Notes under the pieces: model-generated | What the model saw: only the letters and a program-made list of their open reading frames with translations | Databases searched by the model: none | What the model was told of the DNA's origin: nothing | Translations under genes and position numbers: made by a program | IMG/VR virus record: IMGVR_UViG_3300025289_000020 | DNA: 15,090 bases | Source of the DNA: a virus | Strand: one strand, 5' to 3' | Shown here: one piece after another, positions 1 to 5,291 of the stretch | Numbering within the stretch: position 1 is the stretch's first letter | How the letters are laid out: the number at the start of each line of letters is the position of its first letter

Positions 1-94
1 CGCCAGCTTCACCGGCACCCTCACCTCCGCCATGGGCATCGACATCCCCGCCCCGCAGATCGTCGGCGGCACACCCACCGTCACCACCATGTAC
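1..94. repeat. Terminal overlap, identical to 14997..15090 (circular closure or terminal redundancy)
   Basis: Base-by-base comparison: cgccagcttcaccggc...caccaccatgtac occurs at both window ends, 94/94 identical. Confidence 0.95.
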
Positions 95-394
95 GGCCTC
101 CGCGTCAACGACCAGGGCCATTCCAGCATCGGCACCGTCTACGGCGTCTACATCGCCAACATCACCGCCGGCACGACCCGCCGCCTGCTGGAGGTCCTCG
201 GGCTCACCGGCCCCAACCTCCGCGTGGAGGCCGGCGACCCGACATCGCCCGGCGCCAGCAAGGGACGCTCGCAGGTGCTCCTCGACTTCAACGAGAACGG
301 CACCGTCACCCTGCGCCGCGTCGAGTGGATCGACAGCGGGGCAGCCGGCGGCGCCGGCATCCCCGCCAACGCCAAGCTACTCATCGCCGTCTAG
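2..394 (+). CDS. Tail spike/fibre protein, C-terminal part (continuation of 14110..15090 across the junction)
   Basis: The frame is open from base 2 (ASFTGTLTSAMGIDIP...) and matches the last residues of the open-ended ORF at the window end. Stop TAG at 392-394. Strong C-ending third positions. Joined length 1281 nt = 426 aa. Confidence 0.8.
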   Translation, partial: ASFTGTLTSAMGIDIPAPQIVGGTPTVTTMYGLRVNDQGHSSIGTVYGVYIANITAGTTRRLLEVLGLTGPNLRVEAGDPTSPGASKGRSQVLLDFNENGTVTLRRVEWIDSGAAGGAGIPANAKLLIAV

Positions 395-403
395 CCATGC
401 TGT

Positions 404-431
404 CCACTGCCCACTATCCACTGTCCACTGC
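404..431 (+). repeat. Four tandem heptamers: CCACTGC CCACTAT CCACTGT CCACTGC
   Basis: Read directly in the 56-nt gap between the fibre stop (394) and the next start (451). In another register it reads T(G/A)(T/C)CCAC x4. Confidence 0.9.
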
Positions 432-450
432 GACCGAAGGGAGCTGACCC

Positions 451-735
451 ATGCCACGCATCACCCTCACCGTCGACGGCAAGGCCTACGACATCCCGGA
501 CGCCGCCGTCCCCGCCATCCAGGTCCACGTCGACCGCACCAACGCCGCCGCCAACACCGCCCTCTCCCTCGGCGAGTGGCTGGCCCTCCACCTGCAGGAG
601 CTCGCCATCGCCGACGCCCTGGCCGCCGCCGTCGCCCAGCTCCAGCAGCAGCAGCAGGACGACGCCAACGCCGCCCTGGAAGCCGCGATCAAGGCCGCCC
701 GCGACGAGCTGCTCGCGTCGCTGACAACGCCGTGA
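451..735 (+). CDS. Hypothetical protein, 94 aa, Ala/Gln-rich helical C-terminus
   Basis: ATG preceded by GAAGGGAG (436-443). High GC3. Its stop overlaps the next candidate start (GTGA). Confidence 0.75.
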   Translation: MPRITLTVDGKAYDIPDAAVPAIQVHVDRTNAAANTALSLGEWLALHLQELAIADALAAAVAQLQQQQQDDANAALEAAIKAARDELLASLTTP

Positions 736-950
736 TCGCCCTCTACGCCGTCGGCGCAGCCTACGCCGTCGCCATCGTCCACGCGGCGGGCCGCCTCTGC
801 CTCCTTGCCTGCGCCCACGGGCTACGCAACGCGCTACCCGCCCTCGAACACGCACACCCGCAACCCCCGTCAGAATGGCCCCTCAGCCTGCCTCACGCGC
901 TTTCAGCGCACCCGCCTGCGCCGGTGCTACAATGGCCGCGTGATAACTGA
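732..950 (+). CDS. Small membrane protein (holin or SAR-like segment candidate), 72 aa
   Basis: GTG overlaps the upstream stop (GTGA). The N-terminus VIALYAVGAAYAVAIVHAAGRLCLLACA is a Gly/Ala-rich hydrophobic helix. GC3 is good for the first ~30 codons, then declines. Lies directly upstream of the endolysin. Confidence 0.4.
   Translation: MIALYAVGAAYAVAIVHAAGRLCLLACAHGLRNALPALEHAHPQPPSEWPLSLPHALSAHPPAPVLQWPRDN
925..933 (+). promoter_or_regulatory. Extended -10-like element TGCTACAAT
   Basis: TGnTAnAAT ends 6 nt before GTG 940, which has no Shine-Dalgarno. This is compatible with a leaderless endolysin transcript. Confidence 0.35.
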
Positions 951-1668
951 CCTCACCGCCCGCTTTCCGATCCCCCGCGCCTGGCCCCGCCAGACCAGCC
1001 GCCCCGCCGACATCGACACCAACGCCATCCACCACACCGCCACCCTCTACCTCTCGCCCACCGCCGCCGAAGCCGACGAGATCAACCAGATCGCCGTCAT
1101 TCACCAGTACCACATCGGCCGCGGCTTCGCTGGCTTCGGCTACCACGGCATCGCCTTTCCCAGCAGTCGCGCCTACATCGTCACGCCCTTCGACCAGTGG
1201 GGCGCCAACGTCGCCGAAGAGAACGACCACGTCCACGGCTACGCCGCCGCCGGCACCTACACCACCACGCCACCCCCGCCGGCCCTCCACACCGGACTCG
1301 CCCGCCTCGTCGCCGCCGGACGCCGCTACCTCGGCCGCACCGTCCCCGACAGACCGCACCGCCATTGGGGCGGCACCACCTGCCCGGGCGAACCGTGGGC
1401 GACCTGGGTGCCCGCCCTCACCATCCTCGCATCCAAGGAGGACGACACCATGACCCCACAACAGCAGAAAGAGCTCGCCGCCGCCACCGCCGCCGTCACC
1501 GCCCTCCGCAGGCGCGCCGCCTACGACGCCCACATCGGCGTCCTCCTGCAGTACGCCGGCCAGCTCACCGCCCTCGGCTCCACCGACCCCCGCCCCGTCC
1601 TCGCCGCCCTCAAGAAGCGCATCGCCACCTTCGACGCCGCCCTCGCCTCTGGAGCCGCCCATGCCTAA
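940..1668 (+). CDS. Endolysin, N-acetylmuramoyl-L-alanine amidase (Amidase_2/PGRP type)
   Basis: Motifs AIHHTAT, GFAGFGYHGIAF and HRHWGGTTCPGEPW match the zinc-ligand and signature layout of T7-lysozyme-type amidases. The start is uncertain: GTG 940 gives the usual ~30 aa before the HH motif, but the frame is open and shows good GC3 from TTG 805. Confidence 0.85.
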   Translation: MITDLTARFPIPRAWPRQTSRPADIDTNAIHHTATLYLSPTAAEADEINQIAVIHQYHIGRGFAGFGYHGIAFPSSRAYIVTPFDQWGANVAEENDHVHGYAAAGTYTTTPPPPALHTGLARLVAAGRRYLGRTVPDRPHRHWGGTTCPGEPWATWVPALTILASKEDDTMTPQQQKELAAATAAVTALRRRAAYDAHIGVLLQYAGQLTALGSTDPRPVLAALKKRIATFDAALASGAAHA

Positions 1669-1831
1669 GACCCGCACCGCCGCCGGCGTCAAGGTCACCG
1701 TCACCGCGCCCTTGCTGCCCGTCGCTCTCGCCACCGCCCAGCCCGAGGCCGCCGCCCTCTGCATCATCGCCGCCGCCCTCCAGGCCATGGAAGACCAGGA
1801 GAAGGCCCACGGCACGCCCGCCGAAACGTAA
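1661..1831 (+). CDS. Hypothetical small protein, 56 aa, with a central hydrophobic stretch
   Basis: ATG overlaps the endolysin stop (ATGCCTAA). Very high C-ending GC3. Segment APLLPVALATAQPEAAALCIIAAALQA. Stop TAA at 1829-1831. Confidence 0.6.
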   Translation: MPKTRTAAGVKVTVTAPLLPVALATAQPEAAALCIIAAALQAMEDQEKAHGTPAET

Positions 1832-2162
1832 GCCCGGCGCGCAGCCCGGCAACACCAACGCCCTCACGACCGGCCTGTACGCCCGCTCGCTCGACCGCGC
1901 CCGCCTGCACCAGTACGAGATCGCCCTCGGCATGAGCCCCACCGACCTCACCCGCGAAATCGCCCTCCTCCGCGAGCGCGTAGACCTCCTGCTCCAGGCC
2001 GCCCCCGAACGCCTGGAGCTCCTCATCGCGGCCCTTGGGCGGTTGACACGCATGGTCGCCACGCACTACCATCTCAGCGCCGCCGACACCGACCGGCTCA
2101 CCCAGGCCACACGCAACGTCCTCGACGAGATCGAGGCCACCCTCGGAAGGGGGCACGACTGA
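1830..2162 (+). CDS. GNxNA..GLY-motif protein (paralogue of the TerS-like 5902..6459). 5' boundary undefined: no start codon
   Basis: High GC3 begins exactly at 1830 in this frame (KPGAQPGNTNALTTGLYARSL...). There is no ATG/GTG/TTG in frame upstream, and the first ATG is at 1932. Stop TGA at 2160-2162. Confidence 0.55.
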   Translation, partial: KPGAQPGNTNALTTGLYARSLDRARLHQYEIALGMSPTDLTREIALLRERVDLLLQAAPERLELLIAALGRLTRMVATHYHLSAADTDRLTQATRNVLDEIEATLGRGHD

Positions 2163-2341
2163 TGGACACCGTCTTCACCGACTGCGGCAGCGCCTCCGTC
2201 GCCGTCCAAACCGCCGCAATCGCCCTCACCGCCACCGCCCTGGCCGTCTCCGCCTTCTGCCTCGCCTACATCGCCAAGACCGTCCGCAGCTGGGCAGCCT
2301 GGACCGGGTCCGCTCGAACGCCCCCCGCCGACGACGCCTAG
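2162..2341 (+). CDS. Small membrane protein, 59 aa (holin-like)
   Basis: ATG overlaps the upstream TGA (TGATG). One clear TM helix, VAVQTAAIALTATALAVSAFCLAYIA. High GC3. Confidence 0.65.
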   Translation: MDTVFTDCGSASVAVQTAAIALTATALAVSAFCLAYIAKTVRSWAAWTGSARTPPADDA

Positions 2342-2357
2342 CCCCGGAGGTCACACC

Positions 2358-2441
2358 ATGCGCAACCTGCTCACGATCGCCGCCATCTACGGCATCGGCG
2401 TCGCCACCGGCATCACCTACTCCCTGCTCGCCCTCACGTAG
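2358..2441 (+). CDS. 27-aa hydrophobic peptide
   Basis: GGAGG (2346-2350) lies 7 nt before the ATG. Sequence MRNLLTIAAIYGIGVATGITYSLLALT is essentially a single TM helix. Confidence 0.5.
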   Translation: MRNLLTIAAIYGIGVATGITYSLLALT

Positions 2442-3110
2442 GCTTTGGCGCACCAGCCGGACCCGGCGACGCCCATCGCTCGCCCCACCGCGTAGCGGCC
2501 CAGCACGACGCCATACCGGCCCCCGCCCGGCAGCGCCGACGCCTGTGCCCGCAGGGCCGGGCACGTCGCTTCGCTCCTCACTGGGCGGCGGCTCGCCGGG
2601 CCACCACCTTTCTTCACCCCCGCCTGCCGGCCACGTCGGGCGGCTCTTCGCGGGCAGGGCGCCCCACCCTCGCAGGCTCCCACCACCCCACACGCCCGCT
2701 CAGCCCGCCCTCCGTCGCCTTGCATGGCGGCCCCACGGCCACGGCTCCGCGCCACCCCCGCCGCTCAGGCGGCGACCCCTCCCGCTCCGCCGGCGCCGAC
2801 CCCACAGCGCCGGCAACGACCCGTAGCTACGGCAACCTGAATCGTTTTCCGAAAAAGAACCAAAGCGGCGCGCGAGGCGCGCGTAGCGGTAGCCGGCTTC
2901 GCCGGCACTGAGGACGGTTCACCGCTCCGGCTGGGGGGCCGTGGCGGGGCTGGCCCCTTCCTGGCACGGCGTCGCCGGTCGGCAACCCTACGGGTCCTCC
3001 GCTGCGCTACGGCCCGCCCTACGGGCGGGTGCCTTCCCGCCTCCTTCCGTGCCTGGGGGGCCTTGGCCCCGCTCACTTGGCCCCCCGCCGGGGGGCGGTG
3101 AACAGGGCTG
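2442..3110. other. Large non-coding region between the end of the late/lysis operon and the first early gene
   Basis: No frame on either strand gives a credible protein (only Pro/Arg/Gly-rich translations). The + strand is C-rich at 2442-2830 and G-rich at 2867-3110, with an AT-rich core in between. Many GC hairpins. Confidence 0.6.
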
Positions 3111-3124
3111 GAAAGGGGCGTGTC

Positions 3125-3307
3125 GTGGCCGGTGCATATCGCGCGTGTCCTGGGTGTGGCCGTCGCCGCTCGTCCTGGCTGGCCTGCGGTCACTGCGGCT
3201 GGCGCTGGCCTCTCTGTTCGTGTGGTTTGCCGTTGGGGCCGTCCGGCTGCGCCCGGTCCGGCTGTGGCGGTCAGTCGGCGCTGTTCGCGCCGGAGAAAGG
3301 GGAGTAG
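3125..3307 (+). CDS. Zinc-ribbon mini-protein A, 60 aa (CPGCG..x8..CGHCG, ends PEKGE)
   Basis: GTG lies 6 nt after GGAAAGGGG. Shares Cys spacing and the C-terminal PEKG(E/D) with the 3549..3704 product. Its last codons form the SD of the next gene. GC3 does not discriminate it from the overlapping frame of ORF 2941..3552. Confidence 0.55.
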   Translation: MAGAYRACPGCGRRRSSWLACGHCGWRWPLCSCGLPLGPSGCARSGCGGQSALFAPEKGE

Positions 3308-3309
3308 TC

Positions 3310-3552
3310 GTGTTCTCGGAGATCATCGTCGCAACCTGCCGTGAGTGCGGAGAGCACACACACCTGCGGCTGTGGCCGGAGCGGGCGGTCTGCCTGTCCT
3401 GCGGCGGGAGCTGGTGCCGGTGCTGCAACCCGCCGGTGACCCTTCCGCCCGCCGGGGCGGCCCCCTGCCCGGCGCAAGACTTCAAGCGCGCCCTGCAGGC
3501 CACCTACGGCGGGCGTATAGAAGAGCACGCGCGCTACTGGGTGGCGTCGTGA
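3310..3552 (+). CDS. Cys-rich zinc-ribbon protein, 80 aa
   Basis: GTG lies 5 nt after GGAGAAAGGGGAG. Contains CRECG...CLSCG plus CRCC. Its stop overlaps the next start (GTGA). Confidence 0.7.
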   Translation: MFSEIIVATCRECGEHTHLRLWPERAVCLSCGGSWCRCCNPPVTLPPAGAAPCPAQDFKRALQATYGGRIEEHARYWVAS

Positions 3553-3704
3553 TTGGCCTGTGGTCCTGCCCACGCTGCGGCTCGCTCTACACCGCCGTAC
3601 CGCAGCAAGATAGAAGCCCGCGCGCACCGTCGGTTTGCGGACACTGCACCGTCACCCTCCGGCCCCTGGCAACCGTCCCGGAGAAAGGGGACCAGCGGCC
3701 ATGA
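3549..3704 (+). CDS. Zinc-ribbon mini-protein B, 51 aa (CPRCG...CGHC, ends PEKGDQRP)
   Basis: GTGA overlap with the upstream gene. Paralogous layout to 3125..3307. Its C-terminal codons again spell GGAGAAAGGGGA, the SD for the next gene. Confidence 0.65.
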   Translation: MIGLWSCPRCGSLYTAVPQQDRSPRAPSVCGHCTVTLRPLATVPEKGDQRP

Positions 3705-3979
3705 GCCGCTCGGCCCGCCGCTGGCCGCCGCTGGACACGCCGCCGGAGCGCCGCCCTCCGGCCCCGGCTCCCCGCCAGCCTTCGCCCTGGTGGCCCGTCG
3801 CCGGTGTCGCCGCTGCCGCGCTACTCGTCGCAGCCGGCAGCTCCCGGCCCGGCCCGTCGCCGGAGGAATCCATACGGGCATACGCCTGCCAGCACCAGAC
3901 GGACGCCGTGCTGGCCTGGGCGGAAGACCGGGGCGTCCGGGTAGACGTGCGGGAGTGCCCGCCGAGAGAGGAGAAGTAG
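3701..3979 (+). CDS. Membrane-anchored protein, 92 aa
   Basis: ATGA overlap, with the SD 9 nt upstream. Pro/Arg-rich N-terminus, then TM WWPVAGVAAAALLVAAG, then a small C-terminal domain. Confidence 0.7.
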   Translation: MSRSARRWPPLDTPPERRPPAPAPRQPSPWWPVAGVAAAALLVAAGSSRPGPSPEESIRAYACQHQTDAVLAWAEDRGVRVDVRECPPREEK

Positions 3980-3981
3980 CC

Positions 3982-4392
3982 ATGCCCACCCTGAACGGAG
4001 CCTGCCCCGGCTGCGGCCAGCCCCTCACCCTGGAGGTAGCCGTCCGCACAGCCCCGCGCGGCTTCACGTCCGACAGCCGGCAGGTACAACTCGTCGGCGA
4101 CCGGGAGCCCGGCCAGGGCGGCACGCCCACACCGGACAACGAAGAGCCCTACGGCACCACCCGCGCCGCTGCCCCGCACTACTCCGGCGTCAGCCGTCCC
4201 CACCCGTCGCCGGTCAACTCGCAGGACGGACGCCCCACCTGCCCGGAGTGCGGCCTGGACGGCGCGCGGCTGGAGCAGGTCGCCAAGAAGAGCGGTCGCG
4301 CCTTCACCGCCTGGAAGTGCATCAACACCGAGTGCGACCAGAACGACGAAATCATCCCGGGTACCTTCCGCTGGGGAAAGGCAGCGGCGTAG
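3982..4392 (+). CDS. Zinc-finger protein, 136 aa, with a topoisomerase-type C4 finger-like C-terminus
   Basis: GAGGAG lies 8 nt before the ATG. N-terminal CPGCG. C-terminal CPECG..x20..KCINTEC with GRAFTAWKC resembles the CPxCG...F..C...C pattern of Topo I C4 fingers (from memory, not searched). Confidence 0.8.
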   Translation: MPTLNGACPGCGQPLTLEVAVRTAPRGFTSDSRQVQLVGDREPGQGGTPTPDNEEPYGTTRAAAPHYSGVSRPHPSPVNSQDGRPTCPECGLDGARLEQVAKKSGRAFTAWKCINTECDQNDEIIPGTFRWGKAAA

Positions 4393-4408
4393 ACTCCAGA
4401 CAACCACC

Positions 4409-4447
4409 GGCCCGCCGGACGGTTGCACCCCCTCCGTCCGGCGGGCC
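4409..4447 (+). terminator. Perfect 14-bp stem hairpin (GGCCCGCCGGACGG / CCGTCCGGCGGGCC, 11-nt loop), no U-tract
   Basis: Read directly, 17 nt after the 4392 stop and 27 nt before ATG 4474. Could be a terminator/attenuator or an RNA stability element. Confidence 0.5.
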
Positions 4448-4473
4448 ACCAGCACCGACAGAGGAGAACGACC

Positions 4474-5094
4474 ATGAAGAGCACAGCCACCATCGCCAGC
4501 GTCAAGACCTCGCACCAGGCCGCCAACTACAACGGCCCCGCCACCACCACCCTGAGCATCACCCTAGACATCCCCCTACCCACGCCGACCGCGCCGCTCA
4601 CAATCACCGACTGGGCGCGCCGGCTGCCGTACAACGAGACGCAGGAGATCCGGAAGGCCCAGGAGCAACGCGCGGCCAGGGCCGCCGGGCGGAAGCCCCT
4701 GAACCTCACCAAGAAGCAGAAGCAGGCCCAGGAAGACGCGCACGACGACGGCGAGGAGTGCGCCTGGACGCTCACCTGCGAGAACTGCAACCCCGTCACC
4801 GGCGCGGGAGAGGGCGACGACCTCCCCTGCCTGGAGCACAGAGACCCCGACTGCCTCACCTGCGAGGAGGCGGGCGCCCCCTTCCTGGACGGGGCCACCC
4901 AGGCCAACCTCCAGGCCCGCTACGAGCTCTACGTCACGGACGTTCAGACCATCAACCGCCAGGCCGTCCAGGCGGCGCAGGAGGCGGCCCTCTTCCTGCT
5001 GCTCATCAAGCAGGCCGTCCAGGTGACGGTCGAACCCCTGCAGGGAGCAATGTCCGACCTGCTCCTCCTGGAAGGAGGCGAGCCCGCCGGCTAA
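4474..5094 (+). CDS. Hypothetical protein, 206 aa, with a central Cys cluster
   Basis: GAGGAG lies 7 nt before the ATG. High GC3. Contains CENC..x15..C..x7..CLTC. Lys/Gln-rich linker and helical C-terminus. Confidence 0.85.
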   Translation: MKSTATIASVKTSHQAANYNGPATTTLSITLDIPLPTPTAPLTITDWARRLPYNETQEIRKAQEQRAARAAGRKPLNLTKKQKQAQEDAHDDGEECAWTLTCENCNPVTGAGEGDDLPCLEHRDPDCLTCEEAGAPFLDGATQANLQARYELYVTDVQTINRQAVQAAQEAALFLLLIKQAVQVTVEPLQGAMSDLLLLEGGEPAG

Positions 5095-5124
5095 ACGCTC
5101 ACCCGCTTAGACCTATTGACAGTC

Positions 5125-5160
5125 GCACCGCCCTGGCGCTATCGTCGGGGCGGTGCTTTT
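5125..5160 (+). terminator. Intrinsic terminator: 9-bp GC stem (GCACCGCCC / GGGCGGTGC) followed by TTTT
   Basis: Sits 30 nt after the 5094 stop. It is the only stem plus T-tract I found in the window and closes the early module. Confidence 0.7.
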
Positions 5161-5291
5161 GCGAGGCCAGCGCGGGCGGCCCGCCTGCCACCAACGGCAG
5201 CCAGGGCCGCCCGCGCCGGGCCAACAGCAGGGGCACCGAGAGGAGACGGCCATTGCAGAGCACCACCGCAGAGGCCAGAGCCACCGGCCCA

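Noticed and set aside
404-431. Short tandem repeats considered as a CRISPR array or an att site.
   Set aside because: The units are 7 nt with no spacers, there are no cas genes, and no integrase or flanking host sequence is present. They are reported instead as a protein-binding-type repeat.
2043-2072. TTGACA-18-TACCAT inside the 1830..2162 gene, and TAAAAT at 10327-10332 inside the capsid gene.
   Set aside because: These are single hexamer matches within coding sequence, with no SD-less start or gene boundary downstream. The evidence is too weak to call them promoters.
2881-2935. tRNA-like strings: GCGTAGCGGTAGCC and GGTTCACCG.
   Set aside because: I could not fold a cloverleaf. There are no complementary T-stem arms around TTCACCG, the GCCGGC-ttc-GCCGGC hairpin has a 3-nt loop rather than a 7-nt anticodon loop, and there is no acceptor stem.
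2463-2978. 11-bp perfect complementarity between 2463-2473 (CCGGCGACGCC) and 2968-2978, plus ~65% similarity between the reverse complement of 2770-2833 and 2881-2945. Together these suggested a giant hairpin.
   Set aside because: A rough estimate at this base composition gives about 0.3 chance 11-mers within a 670-nt region, and GCCGGC-type words are everywhere. This is not significant without a proper folding or covariation test.
2545-3193. ORFs inside the non-coding region: + 2545..2826, + 2720..2911, - 2417..2755, - 2226..2693, - 2765..3193, - 2988..3503, and the N-terminal part of + 2941..3552.
   Set aside because: No SD or start context, Pro/Arg/Gly-rich sequences, and no consistent third-position bias. 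The alternative TM-like reading of 3145-3309 in the 2941 frame was kept only as a caveat, because the competing 3125 frame has an SD and a paralogue.
5116-5146. TTGACA-18-TATCGT, a promoter-like pair just after the 5094 stop.
   Set aside because: The spacer and -10 are the left arm and loop of the GC stem plus TTTT terminator (5125-5160), so the terminator reading explains the sequence better. An attenuator-type dual role cannot be excluded.
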